Below are positions 34,531 to 48,112 of a DNA stretch of 64,000 nt, piece by piece; position 1 is the stretch's first letter, and each line of letters begins with the position of its first letter. The stretch covers positions 66,838,001-66,902,000 of the forward strand of contig NC_058368.1 in assembly GCF_018350175.1 (NCBI RefSeq), written 5' to 3'. Position numbers and translations under genes: made by a program. The DNA is from Felis catus. Taxonomy: Eukaryota. Under the pieces are notes generated by a model. It had not been told where the DNA came from. It was given only the letters and a program-made list of their open reading frames with translations, and searched no databases.

Positions 34531-37500
34531 AAAGACCAGCAGCACAGCTGAGGTCATGCTGTGGACGCAGATGTCCTGTCCCTTCAGCCACGAAGGGGGG
34601 TGAGCCCTCATGTGACGGCTGAGTAGCCCCAGCTGTGGAGATTGAAATAGTTCCGGGATAGAGACCAAAGCATGCCATTATACATGATTCCCAAATTTTC
34701 CTGAAATCTTCTAGAGACCCTCGTACAGTGTTTCGCCTAAATATAACGGTCCGCACGATATGTATAGGTATTGTGCAAATGATAAACAAACGTATGAATA
34801 AATGGATGAAGACCCACTTCCACAAGTGCGAACTGTTTTTGCTGAGTCTGAATGCCTACCCCTCCCTGCTTCCAAGGCTTACTTCACTTCCTTCTGAGGC
34901 ATCCCCTGTCCTCTGCTCATTCTGGTCAGCGAGGTGCCTGACTCAGATGAACGACCACCTCACGCCAGTTTTGGCTGGTCACCAGTGAGGGATGACCTCA
35001 CCCAGATCTGTTCATGTGCTCCCTGCTCTGTGACTCAGTGCTCCACTACTCCCATTGTCGTTGCCTTTCCCAACCAGAAAGCCGCTCTCAGGAAAAGGCA
35101 CTCCTCACATCTGCCCTGCTCGAGCCTCAGGTCCTACCCTGTCTCCAGGCATTTCTGTCTCCAGGCATCGCTTGTAAGGACCCCTCTCTCCCTTCCCTAT
35201 TTAAGTATTTTTTTAATCCTTCCAACACAGGCCTATCTAAATGAGGCCAATGCTTACTTAGCACCTGTCATATGTCATCCCCTGTGCAAAGGCCTGAAGA
35301 CACAGGGATGAATGGCATACAGTTGTGTTCCTGGTATTCTGCCTCCCGCTGGCTGCCCTGGCCCCAGACCTGGGCTCGCCATCACCCTGCCTCCCTAGGA
35401 CTGCATTATCCTGAGTTTCTTTAGAATGTTACTTTCTCCCAGGAGACTTCGAATCCATCTTCCTGGAAACCTACCACAGCATCTAGCCCCATGCTAGATT
35501 CGTAGTAGGCACAATAAGTATTTATCACCTGAGCCAGAGGGCGTGGGTTTTCATGGGTTGACATGAAACCCATGTCATCTTAGGAAAAAACCTCCAGATC
35601 TCTTGATTTTCTTGGACTGGACACGGGATGGGGAATTTTACTCTTTCCCCTTTAGTTTTCTCATTAGAGAAAATAACTACATTTTCAGAATGTAAAACAG
35701 GAATTAAAATCATCTCATTTGGGTTATATTTTTCAGTGTAATGATACGGTTTGCACTCTCTTTGCCAGAAAACTTGGATTCTGTGACATTTTTAAGCTAT
35801 GGCTCCTGGTTTCTTTTTCCTTCTTTGTGCCTGGGTTCGGTTTTACATAGGGTTGATTTTTATGTCAGAGAGTGGAAAGACATGAGGAAAACAAGCCGGA
35901 CCCACAATTCAGAAACACGTTCTCTATACCGAAAGATACGTACCATCAGCTAACGGTAAAGTCTTTCCCTTTCTATGCACCTCTTTTTGTCGGAAAAGCA
36001 CTTCTCTTCTCAAAGGAAAAAAAATAATAAACTAAAATGTAAGCCACCATTAGGAGTATAAAAAAGATTGTAGATAGCTGGAAAACGGATTACGCAGCGC
36101 AACAGGATGAAATAAACCACGGCACCAAAAGCCAGGGCTGCTGAGGATCAATTACCACCGAGCCCGGTAATGATCTTCTTACATCAAAAGCCCTTTCAAG
36201 ACATAGCAACATACCTGCCCTGCAAAGACTCTTGAACCAGAGGATAATGTAATCATCAATACTATATCCTTTCTCTTTTGTGAGCACTTTAGAAAAAGCC
36301 CGGTGGAGTAGTGACTCTGGTATTAAGTGTCATTTTAAACAATACCTTGAAACCATAATGCAATCTTACTCCTGAAACGCGAAGTGTTTGCTGCCACGGT
36401 GGGTACACCTGTCGCGTCTGGTTGCTAATAGAATAAATCCGTGATTTCCTTTCCACTTGCTTTCTCACTTCTTGGCCGGCTGAGTAAGTTGCAAATCAGT
36501 TGAACTTACCCCTCGTTTCTGTTTTGTTTCAGGATCTGGTATTTGTTTGTGCTTTATCTTCCCCTACCTCTTAATAAAAAGAGTAAACCAGTCTGCCTGT
36601 GAGCGTATTGACTGCGCTAAGAATGCGGGATTGTGTTGCAAAGGAGCTCAGGCCTGCAATGTTATCACTCAGCAGGACTGGGTCCCATCAGAAGGCACAT
36701 GGCGTGCCATGACGTAGCTGGTCTTGGAGCACAAAAGCAGACTTTTCTCTGTGAATTAGACAAACCCCACAAAAGGCCACAATAGCTAGCATAAACACCA
36801 TTTAATACCATTCACAGGCTAGTGAAGAGATGGGCGTTGACTAAGAATTGCCACAAAGCCAGGACATTGTGGTCAGATGAAAGGGGGCCTAGTGAACAGG
36901 AAGCATCATTGGAGCAGGCTGACAGTCACCATATAACGGCGGGATTGTGGGGCTGGCACTTACCCCAAGGGTCTTTGCAGTCAGAAAAATAAAGAGAAAT
37001 TAAAGCATAAGGAATCCTCTTTGTGGGCACTTAAAGCCCATGAAGCAACACAAGAAGCTATACAATTGTCTTTTCAAGACTCGTCTGTGCTTTAGATAAT
37101 TATGAAAAGGAAACATTTGGGGTGTGCTTACTTATAGGATTCTATATCACCCATTGGGAAAACTCATCTGTAAAAACAGATGAAATTTTCACAGCGATAT
37201 GAATAGCTGTATAAGCTCTCGCCTCATTTTAAAACAGGAAGAACTAACTGCAGCTGGATTAGTGGAGCTCTTCGCCATTTCTGGAAGCTTCTTTTTGGTA
37301 TATGAGGTGTCCAGGGCAGGGCACCCTCATTTTTCACCAGGTACATGAAGAAAAATAAATTTAAATAATTTATTAAATGAATAAACCCTTGGAAATAGAA
37401 TACCTAGAATACCTACCTTTAAAACATTTATGTCTCTGTTTAAAGGAAGTTAACTTATATGGACATTTTAAAGTAAGAATTTAAAGTACTTTAATTCTGA

Positions 37501-37807
37501 GGCAAATCTGTAATGATAATCATCCTTTGGTGCATACTGAGTTTGTTTGTTTTAACATAATAGGTATACCAAATAGAGTGAGGAAGATTGGTGCTGAAAA
37601 CATAGAAAGATTTTAGAAGGGACCCTAGAATGTTCTGGAATGTCATTTCGCTGAACAAGAAATGAGAGCCAGGGAGTTTAGTGACCAGCATAGTCATCTA
37701 AGTAGTAACAGCAGCTCTGGTTAGATTTCAGTTCTCCTGATTCCCTGTTCTACGATTTTGAATAGAGAAAAAAAATTTTTGAGTGTAGAAATAATTTTCC
37801 TGCACTA

Positions 37808-37857
37808 TGTCTCTCAAAAATAAATAAACATTAAAAAAAATTAAGAAAAAAAAAAAA
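37808..37857 (+). mobile_element. Severely 5'-truncated CanSINE (tail only)
   Basis: tgtctctcaaaaataaataaacattaaaaa; outer TSD agaaataattttcc at 37787-37800 and 38121-38134. Confidence 0.7.
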
Positions 37858-38100
37858 GGGAGCTCCTGGGTGGCTCAGTCGGTTAAGTGTCTGACTTCAG
37901 CTCAGGTCATGATCTCACCGCTTGTGAGTTCGAGCCCCGTGTCGGGCTCTGTGCTGACAGCTCAGAGCCTGGAGCCTGCTTCAGATTCTGTGTCTCCCTC
38001 CCTCTCTCCCCCTCACCCACTAGCACTCTTGTCTCTCAAAAATAAATAAACAGTAAAAATATTTTTTCAATTAAAATTAAAAAAAAATTTAATAAAAATA
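37858..38100 (+). mobile_element. SINEC_Fc-type SINE
   Basis: Full body with a long A-rich tail. Confidence 0.93.
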
Positions 38101-38149
38101 AAACCAAAAAATTTTAAAAAAGAAATAATTTTCCGTGTAAAATAAACTT

Positions 38150-38345
38150 TTCGGTTCTTCATTTAGCTGTTTAATCTTGAACAGTTGCCTACCCTCTCTG
38201 CACCTCACTTTTACTATCCGTACACTGGGGTTAGCCTGCCTCATAGGGTTGTGGAGAGGGATTAAATGAGTTAGTGTCTGTAAAGTGTTCAGCACAGTAC
38301 CTGACCTCGAGTCATGCGATATAAACAGCTGCTATTCTAATGTTT
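38150..38345 (+). mobile_element. MIR
   Basis: cctcatagggttgtggagaggattaaatgag-like core; agcacagtacctgac. Confidence 0.8.
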
Positions 38346-38659
38346 ATAAAACAACAGAGAGGGCTTTGAAGACCACAGCCTCATTGAACCCTGGGGCCAT
38401 CGGGGAACATCTGGATGGCCTCCATTGGCAGGTGAGGAGTCTGCAGACCAAAGAGGCTGGCTTGGCCCAAGGCAGACTGACAGGACCAGTTCCCAGGTCT
38501 AAGTGCAAACCACAGCTCTTTGTCTAACACCACTGTCCTGTCTCCTAAGACCTTATGAAATACTCTGAGAGCAGTGAATCCACCCAGTGTCATCAAGCAA
38601 GAAGAATAAGGCTGTTGGTAGAAACTGACTCTGTACATTAAATGGTCTTTTCTTTGGAG

Positions 38660-38878
38660 CAATGTTTCTCAAATTTTAGTGTGAATTAAAAAAAAAAAAA
38701 AAAAAGAGTGGAGGGGCACCTGGGTGGCTCAGTCAGTTAAGTGTTCGACTCTGGCTCAGGTCATGATCTCACCGTTTGTGAGTTCGAGCCCCGCGTCTGG
38801 CTCTGTGCTGACGGCTCAGAGCCTGGAACCTGCTTCAGATTCTGTATCTCCCTCTCCCTCTGACCCTGCCCAACTCGT

Positions 38879-38917
<39 letters not shown>

Positions 38918-39092
38918 AATAAATAAACATTAAAAAGTAATTTTCAAAAAAAAGAGTGAAGAGGTCTTTCCCAACAAATTCTAATCCCATAGGTCTCATG
39001 TGCGCCCGGGAACCTGTATTTTTAAAAAAGCATGCTGTCCTCTTCAGGTGATTCTCAGGCAGGTTGTCTAAAGACCACACTTTGAGAAAAAT
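38660..39092. mobile_element. MER5-like hAT-Charlie interrupted by a SINE
   Basis: caatgtttctcaaattttagtgtg...caggtgattct...gaccacactttgagaaa. Confidence 0.6.
38713..38945 (+). mobile_element. CanSINE
   Basis: TSD aaaaaaaagagtg(g/a)a on both sides. Confidence 0.92.
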
Positions 39093-40009
39093 TATCTTAA
39101 AACATCAATTGCTTCCTTCTTCCCCACCTCCACCTTTCGGTGGGTCTCCATTTAGTTTTCTTATTTGTACTCTGGCTTTACTGTTGCCCATTAAGTTGGT
39201 CTGTTAGCACTGATGTCAGTGAACAGGATTCTTTTATTACCAGTAAAAAGTAACTAGCAAAAGCTAGTTCTGTGGGAGCTGACCCAGTTAGCTGTCTCAA
39301 AGCCCCAAATTCTGACTCTGTCTCTAGCCAGTCCTGTTGCCAACCGTAAGTACAATAGATGTGTGACCAAAGTGTGCCACAAATCATTGCCGGTAACTTA
39401 ACACAAACCAAAAAGCTCCGTGAAATACATGCTCTACTCAATGGTGGGTTTCTCAACATCCGACATGCGTTTATTCATCTCCTGATCATCTTTGTCCAGA
39501 ACTAGGGTTTTGGAAAAGGGAGATTTACCTAAACAAGCCCCTCCCCCCCGCTCAGGCAGGCTGTGATATCCTAGGGAAAGGAAAACATATACACACTTGA
39601 CTTTGAGTAAAAAGCACCTTGTATCACCCAGCTTGTTCTGCATCTAGTTCAGCTGCTGGTTTCTATTTTCTTTCTTTCCAGAAGTTGCTTGAAGTCACAC
39701 AGGGATCAGATAATGAGAGAAAAGCCAGAGCAAGAAAGATAAAGCAGGAAGAGGCCATCTGCTGGCAGTTTTCTCCCCATCCATTTCTTCACCTTCCCTA
39801 TTTCTGTTCGCCTGACTCCTCTCTGCATCCTGAAAACCCTGTGTACAAACATCTTTACATATCACTGTAGCATCATCCAAAAAGGTACACTGAACAAGTG
39901 TTCTGTGTGGGGCAGTGTGCCCGGCCCCATTAACGGAAAAGGAATGACATGGGGCCTCTGCTGTCAGGCAGGTGGAGAATATAGTTTACAGGACCGTTTG
40001 TTAATGTTT

Positions 40010-40210
40010 TCTCTCCACCCCAAACTGGATAAGGTCTTTACAAATAACGACGTCATGTAATCTGAACCATAAGCCTAATAGCATGATCACCCCATTTACA
40101 ATGAAGAAAGCAGGGCTCGGGGAGGTCAGATAACTTCCCAGCCTCCCACACAGGGCAGTGCAAGACAAGAGACAGAAGCCCGGCCTGAGTCTAAAGTTCT
40201 CAGTCTTCAC
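40010..40210 (-). mobile_element. MIR
   Basis: ccccatttacaatgaagaaagcagggctcggggaggtcagataacttccca. Confidence 0.7.
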
Positions 40211-40333
40211 TTCTCTGCAAGCACGAATCCAAACTTTCCGAGCATTTGCTACAAGCCAGGCCCAGGGCTTGAGGAGATTATGCTAATCCGGTGTCACGAG
40301 TTCTGCAGTGGGACACGTTAACCACTAGCTAAG

Positions 40334-40412
40334 CAGTGGTTCTGAACCAGGGGAGATTCTGAGACCCACACCCAGCAGGGATATTTGTCAATGTTTGGAG
40401 ACATTTTTGTTG
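40334..40412. mobile_element. MER20-like 5' fragment
   Basis: cagtggttctgaaccagggg...atttgtcaatgtttggagacattttt. Confidence 0.7.
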
Positions 40413-41004
40413 GGAGCAGAGGATGCTTGGGCAGGGAGAGGGACCATGAGCCTGAAGAGGTGGCAGCCAGCCTGCGTGCCAGTCGCGGACGACGCCTTCA
40501 TCCCATGGAGAGAGTGGAACAGCCTGGGATCAGAGTGGGCAGGGGACTGGCGGTAGAGAGACGATTCTAATGAGGGCATCCAGACAGCAGGATCTGTCTG
40601 TAGATACAGACAGAAAAAGATGCACAAGGCTTCACAGAAGAGGAATCAACCTGCTTCGGCCAGTTAGTGGGGCAAAGAAGAGGGAGGGGTCCAGGCCCGG
40701 GTTTAGAATCACGGGGACTATGAGGTGTTGAAGTGAGAGAGGAGAAATTCTCAAGGCAGGTAGGCTGGTTGCTCAGGATGAGCCTTTTCCCTTACTCTCT
40801 TCCCTTGGAAACCTTATGAAGTGTCCACTTATTCTTTCTTAAACTGGCCAAAATGCAACGGAGTAGGCTGAGCACTGAGCACTGTCTGCCATCGGGGTGG
40901 CCCTGGGCGTGGTGTTTATGGCCCCTGAGCCCCGTCAGCCCTCATGTTAGATGAGCTAATGCACATTAAATGACTCCGAGAGCTAGCATGGCTGTACCCC
41001 GAAG

Positions 41005-41650
41005 GGCATTCGGGTTTTGGTGAGGATGGCGAGAAATTGGGATGCTTATACATTGCTCCTGAAAATGTAAGATAGTACACAGCCACTTTGGAAAGCAGTT
41101 TGACAATCTCATTGAAAGTTACACATAAATTTGTCATATGACCTAACAATTCCACCTTCAGGTATCTTCCCGACAGAAGTGAAAACATGTGTCCCTACAA
41201 AGACTTGTGTAGGAATGCTTGTAGCAACATAAAAAAGTGGAAACCACATAAATATCGGTGGTGAATGTGACACAGTCTTGCAATGAAGTATCATTCAGCA
41301 ATAAAAAGGAAATAGTACTAATACATGCTACCACACTGATGAACGTCAAAAACATTATACTAAGTAAAAGAAACCAAACGTGAAAGACTGCATACGTATT
41401 GGTTACCACTGTATGAAATTTCCCCAAAAGGAAAATCCATCAAGAAAATATAGATCAGTGGTTGCCTGGGACTTGGGGGAGTAGGCATGGGAGCAGGAGC
41501 AAACACCCAAGGTTATCTTCATGGAGTGATGGAAATATTCTACAAGTGGTTTGTAGTGATGTTTGCACAACCCTGCTTTACCCAAAATCATTGACTGTAT
41601 ACTTACGATGGGTGGATTTTATAATATGAAAAATTTATCTGTTTTGAAAA
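41005..41650 (+). mobile_element. L1MC/ME-like 3' region
   Basis: cagccactttggaaagcagtttgaca, gtgaaaacatgtgtcc, gatcagtggttgcctggg. Confidence 0.85.
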
Positions 41651-42326
41651 ATGACTAGTGATGATTTTCTCTTTGGATAATGCTCACACTAGATGCATCA
41701 CTGTTAATAATAATCACTCATTATCTAAAAGAGATAAGATGTCCCCAGAAATTGGACATAAGCCTACTCTTTGAGAGTGAACACAGAAGAGGCAGGAGAC
41801 AATGGTCTTGTCCAAGGAGGCTGAGAGATGATTGAGTGTGACCCAGGGGCACGAATGCAGTCCTACCTCTGAACCTCTAGCCTCATTACTTCTGGTTTAT
41901 ACATCAGTCTGTCATGAGTTTGGTTGGCACAACTAAATTTCACTATACTTGTCCGACTCTGGGTCCCCTGGCCCGATTCATCTGGTTTGCCTCAAGTATT
42001 TCTTCAAGGCTATACAAAGGTCAAGTTCAGCTCAGTTCTTGCTTAAGACATTACAATCTCTCAATAATTGGCAAAAACTTGTCCAGCTCGATTAGACTTT
42101 AAAAGCACACCAGTAAGCCCAGAATTTTAAAATGTTCAAAGTTATGGATAAGACAAATCATGGAATTGACTATTACTTTCTCTATGTTTGTTCTCATTGC
42201 AATGTGAGAGCCCACTAAAACTCTAAATCAAAAACAGCTCTACCTCAGAAACTTTGAAATCGACTAATTTAATATAATTATATTCACATAACATAAGGGA
42301 TTTCTTTTAAATACAATCAGAAACCA

Positions 42327-42576
42327 GGGGCGCCTGGGTAGCTCAGTCACCTAAACGTCCAACTTCAGCTCAGGTCATGATCTCACGGCCGGTGAGTTCA
42401 AGCCCCACATCAGGCTCTGTGCTGATAGCTCAGAGTCTGGAGTCAGCTTGGGATTCTGTGTCTCCCTCTCTCTCCCTCTCTCTCTGTCTCTCTTTCTCTC
42501 TCTCTCTCTGCTTCTACCCTGCTCACTTTCTGTCTCTCTAAAATGAATAAACGTTAAAAAAAAATTAAAAAGTAAA
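42327..42576 (+). mobile_element. CanSINE
   Basis: 19-bp TSD taaatacaatcagaaacca at 42308-42326 and 42577-42595. Confidence 0.95.
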
Positions 42577-43924
42577 TAAATACAATCAGAAACCAAATAC
42601 ATGCACAAATTAAGGCAATATTCGTGGTTTGTAGCAAATTAAGGATTAACAAAATATTCCGGGCAACATGTTAAAGAACCCACGATTTAAGTCATTACTT
42701 GGCTTGTCCTTAGCATTTAAGTCATAATTGGGTGCAAAGTCTTGACTTAGCTTGCCCTCTTCATCGGCGCACATTAGACATACAGGTTTTCATTTGTGGA
42801 TCAAGTTACCCCAACTTTGACTACACATCATTAGAGCATGACAACAGTTAACACTGACTGTCCAGTTGGTACAACTGGCACTTTCCCCATTATCCGAGTC
42901 TTGAAACAGCCAGTGGCCCTGAAAAAGAGGATGTCTGCTCTTCCCCGGCCTGTGCTGAGGAAGGAAGTTGTGAGCAGAGGAGGCAAGGCAGAAGAGCCAG
43001 GCACCCGCTCCTTTGGGGACTTTATCGTGACAGTGGCCTCCAGATGGGTCGAGCTGCAGCTTTCTGGCAGCCTGTGTGAACTGCATGATCTCATGCCTTT
43101 CTGAGCCCGGGACAGAACTGAGGGGCTTTATTTGCACTGCACCTGCCCTGTAAGCAACAGCATTGATTTCTGCTCCCAGAAACTCTCAATAAGTGTAACT
43201 ATTTCACTGGGATGCTGTCCTGTTTATCACCCGGAAAGAAGACTCCGGGTTCTCATGCCTCTGTGATGGAACTTTCATCTTTATTTTCCAGCGGGTTTAT
43301 TTTTCGTAAGATACTTCAGAGACCAGAAACCCACACACAGCCTTTAGTTCTGGATCTGTGAGAAATGACACGACATCATATTTCATTATTTCTTAAAAAG
43401 ATAATGCATGATTCGTCTGCTTCTGCCCACTGACTCACAGTAAATTTCTCATAACCGAAGGAATCAAGTCAAAGGAAAAGCATTAAAATGACACTTTCTC
43501 CTCTGTTCTTTAATGGAAATTTTCTTCTCTTTTTCCTTTCGAGGTTTTAGTTGATTAGCCATAGCAGATGGTCATAATAACCCATAAAAACAGAGAAACC
43601 AAAGGGACTTTGTAAGATCAGCTTCCCCTTGACTTAGTTAAGTTCAGATCTTCCCAGAGGGATAATTTTTTATTCCCTCTGTAAGATCTCTAAGGAAAGA
43701 GACTTCCCAAACTCACATCATATAATGCTTCATGACTGATGCTCCCAACTATCCCTGTGCCCCACTGAAGTTGGATTTCTTCTTGTAGTTCTAGAGTTGG
43801 ACCTCCCTTCATCCTCTGCGTCCTGTGTAACCTTCACACTTTGGAGCACCGTCAATGTGTCTCTTTGTGGCAAAGGGATTCCAAAGCCTTCAGAATAATT
43901 GTTCTCTGATTATTATAAAATCAC

Positions 43925-44230
43925 AGTACTTAAGAATTGAAAGGCACGTCAGAGACTATCATGTGACCTCCCTGTTGTGCAGGAATCCCTCTACATCTTT
44001 CCAACAGCTCCAACCCCTACTTAAATGGCCCCTGAGATGGGGAATTCATTTCATCAGAGGTCAGCGGTCTGCCATAGGGCAGCTTTTATTGCCAATAGAT
44101 CAACCCATTAAAACGTCCAGTGAGCAAAATTTGCCTCCCAGTAACTTCCACTAGCTTCTAAATAGTCTTTCTGGAAAGAGACAGAACACACAGGAGCCTC
44201 TTTCTCATAGACTTTCAGATAGTTGACCAT
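43925..44230 (-). mobile_element. L3/CR1 3' fragment
   Basis: agaattgaaaggcacgtcagagact...tgcaggaatccctctaca...gatggggaattca. Confidence 0.5.
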
Positions 44231-45638
44231 ACTGATGCTATCATCCTCCTCCCGTAACACCAATCTTATAGAAATAAACATTCTGATGATACGAGCTGCA
44301 TCACTGTGCTTCAGATCATAGGACTGGATTACACTTTGGTCTTAACGCCGGGGTCCTCGTTTGCATTTACATTGCAATAAAACTACATTAACACCAGAAA
44401 TCACAGTTAAAACACTATATATGTAACATAAGTACATGAATGGTAAAGAAAATGTTAAATAAAGGGGGAAAAATCTCCACTTGAAAGTAGCAACTCTATA
44501 ATGTTTCATGTTAGTCATCTTCAAAATGGCATATGCCGAAAATAATCCTTTGGGGTGATAGGAAGAGAATATAACTGATATTTCTTAACCTAAAACATAA
44601 AAAGGAAACTAAGCCCTAGCGATATTGATTGCCTGAAGCAGTACCTGTGTATACTTTATAAATAAACATGCATAGTTGGGGGTACCCACTCAGATTTCCT
44701 TAATTACTGGGATGCACTTTCAACAGTATCTGGGGACCTGTGGTTGAAACTATATTCATTACCTATTAATTCATTAATGTAAGCTATACATTTCTATAAG
44801 GAGAGTAGAATATTAGTATCCTAAAACATAGGAGAGAGATTTTACAACGTAATCCATGATCACAGCAACCAAAAAATAAATCAAAACTGTATTTTAATGT
44901 GTTTTAAATTGCATCAGCTGTTCTAATAACTAAATCAAATAGGTACACTTTGTGTAAAGCTCTCCAAAACAAGACAAATGGAAACAAAATCTCCTTACAA
45001 AACCAGAAATTACCAAAGGTGTATTCTAATACCCACTTAATCTACCTAAAAGTCATTGATTTAACTTTTCTATTTTAATGTTGTGGCTATTGTAAAAGTT
45101 ACCTGAGTCAAGATAATATTCGTTTTTTCTTAGAGATTGTTGGTGATGATTACCCTGGGACCACTTTTATCTTGGAGCAGTGGCGGATAAAGCAGATATA
45201 GACTGTGTTTTGTCCAGGTACACAGCTCATCAATCAGGACAGTACAAATCTATGCTATGGGATAATCTTGAATAAAAGGTTAATGTTTTATACCTTTCTC
45301 TATCTTTAACATGAAGATAGTGGCATGAAGTTATGAAGAAACATCTAGCTTAAGAGAAGAAAGCAACAACAAAAAAATAATAATTTAGGAAATAAAGGAA
45401 GTGAACCTAAGAAGTCTGAGATAGTTACCTTACAGAGACAGGATCCGGGCACAGTTATTTGAAAAATATTTCTGCTCTCAATCTGCCAGTGATATTTATA
45501 CACTGCAGTGGCAGTAATATCGTAGCAAATCATCCTCAAAATGGGGCAGTTCACTGTAATATGAAGGAAAAAGAAACACTTGAGAAGCACATTATTTATG
45601 CAGTGAATTTGCAGCACTTTCTAAACAACAGCAGGTGA

Positions 45639-45645
45639 GCACGTG

Positions 45646-45685
<40 letters not shown>
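45639..45685. repeat. (CG)n(CA)n alternating purine-pyrimidine microsatellite
   Basis: gcacgtgcgcgcg followed by ~16 CA units. Confidence 0.95.
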
Positions 45686-45686
<1 letters not shown>

Positions 45687-46589
45687 TGACACAAAACACC
45701 CAAAGCACTGACTACCTATGTGTCCATTTTTCTACGATTTTTACAAGACAAGCTGTTGTTATTAAAGCTGATGAGTCATAGGTGCCCCTATTTAGGATGT
45801 ACTTTAATAAATGGTCAGGAACTTCGTTTTCGGAAGGAGCCATGAGCTGGATCGCTTCTCTCTGCATTTCAGTGGTGATGCAAAGCAGGGCAGCACAGCC
45901 ACAGACACAGCGGAGTCCCGAGACGTTAACATGCATCCTCCGTAATCAGGAGTATTAGTCAGCTTTGCCATCTTCCTTTCCACCCATTCCCCTCAAAGTC
46001 CGACCAACAAACACTGCCCAGCGCCAGGGCCCCTGTCGCCCGGAAATTCTCTGACGAAGCTGCCTGATTTGAATCCTAACTAGAAAACCAAAAGACTAGA
46101 GCTCAGACTCCAGGGGAAGATGAATAACATATATGGCCTTCTCCCCTGGAAAAAAAAATCTAATTATATGTGTATAGATTTTTTTAAAGGTTGGCACTGA
46201 AGACTCAGAAATGTATGAAAATCATATTTACCCTCAATAGGAAAACTGCAAGGGAAGTGGTACTCTGAGACAAAACAAAGGGCCAGCTCTGAAACTCGGG
46301 AGGTGGCAACAGAATGCAGGCACGTGAGGAAAGTGTGTCCATAAAGCATCCTTCTCCTCTGTCGTGCAGGTGGAGGAGGGTTCAGAAGCTAGGAACCATC
46401 ACCCTTTCCCTGGTCTCTTCTGAGCATCTTCTCAGTAAGTAGGTGCTCCTTTTCTCACCTTGAATGTAATAGAAAATCTTCTGGAACATGAGGGTTTTTT
46501 GTTGTTAGTGGTGGTTATGGATTTGCTATACATCTATACTAAAGAATTCAACAGTTGCTACCACATTGTCGTTACTAAAATTAAATTGA

Positions 46590-46830
46590 TGTAGGAAGGC
46601 AATACAGCATCGTACTAAGAACATGAACCTTGGACCCTGAAACGCCTGGCTTTGCGTCCTCTGTCCATTAGCACGCGCTGCATGGCCTGGGCAAACTATT
46701 TAAATCCCCTCAGCCTCAAGACAATGGGAGAAGAATACCTCTTACTCAAATTTGGTCTAAAGGAAGGTCTGGATTAGATGTGCAAATGTGTGTGTACATC
46801 ACACAGGTTGTCAGTAAACAGTCGTTATTC
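46590..46830 (+). mobile_element. MIR
   Basis: gaaggcaatacagcatcgtactaagaaca...ctgggcaaactatttaa. Confidence 0.65.
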
Positions 46831-47561
46831 GTGTTGTCATAAATTCACAGCTATTGATGAATATTCAGGTTAAGCTGATACAGGAAATAGCTTCTATTCG
46901 AACTAGAATTTATTTCTAGTTCTCTACTCTGGACAGATGTATTATAGTTGTTCTATCAGAACCCCAAACCAGTTGCGTGCTTCTGCTTGTAAATATTTAC
47001 CATGTTGTAATGTGGGGGAGAATTTAAAAGGAAAAGTAGTCTCCTGGATAAAATCAAGGATGGCACTTATAATCACATCTTGCTTTTAGCATCTCCTCTG
47101 GTCCCATATGTGTCCCTTACCCTGATTTTCAAAATGTGGTACAAAATGAACTGGTGGTCACGGATATCTTACGGTTTCTTCTGTTCTCGTGCAAACTGTA
47201 AGTGTATTGGATACATGTATAATTTTTTGATACATGCATAAGTTTTAAAATTATGACCAGAGAAATAGTTATTGATCCAGATCAAACCTCTGATATTTTG
47301 CAAATATAGGTCCCAGAAAAGCAGTCCGCAAACTGAAATATTAGAGGCATAATAGTATCCAGAAGACATTTTGCCCCAAACTTTAAAAACAAGACAGGGC
47401 CACCGCCACATCTTAGGATATCATTAATATAGATTTCACAGCTTAGAAACGTTGGCCCTCACATCTACTAAGGCAGGCAGAAAAGGTTCATTAAAAACAA
47501 AAAGGATTCCTGAAGATGTACAACCGATATTGCATGAGGCTGAAGTCAGCTTCTGGATATC

Positions 47562-48112
47562 TGTATTTTGAGAACTGGTTTTACTGCGTGACAAATGACA
47601 CCAAAACAGGGCAGCTTAAAATAACGAATATATATGATCTCGCAGCTTCTGTGGGCAGAAATCTGGGAGCAGCTCACTGGGAAGGAGTGTTGTAGTCAAG
47701 CTGTTGAGCAGGGCTGCTGTTTTATCTGAAGGCTTGACTGGGAAAATGTCTACTTCCAAACCCACTCATGGGGGCCACCAATAGGTGGGCCCTGGTCCTC
47801 ACCAGCTGTTAGCAGGGATTTCAGTTTTCTGCCTTATCATGGGCCTCTCCACTGTTTGCCTGAATGTCTTCATCCCATGGCAACTGGCTTCCACTAGGGC
47901 AAGGGACGAGAGAGAGAGAGAGAATATGAGCCCAGGTCTGAAGCCATAGTCTTTTATAACTGAGTTTGGGAAGTGGCATATCATCGCTTCTCTGTATTCT
48001 GTTGATCACACAGACAATTCTGTACAGTGTGGGACAGTGGGAGAGGCTGACACAAAGACATGAAGACCAGCGGGGAGGGATTACTGCGGCCATGTTGCAG
48101 GCCGGCACCACA
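47562..48112 (-). mobile_element. MLT1E/F-like solo LTR
   Basis: TG...CA termini; atctgaaggcttgactggg, catgggcctctcca, catggcaactggcttcc. Confidence 0.85.

Noticed and set aside
45121..45223. Possible internal exon (ttttttcttag ... cag|gtacac)
   Set aside because: Weak donor, stop codon in the most protein-like frame, no partner exons
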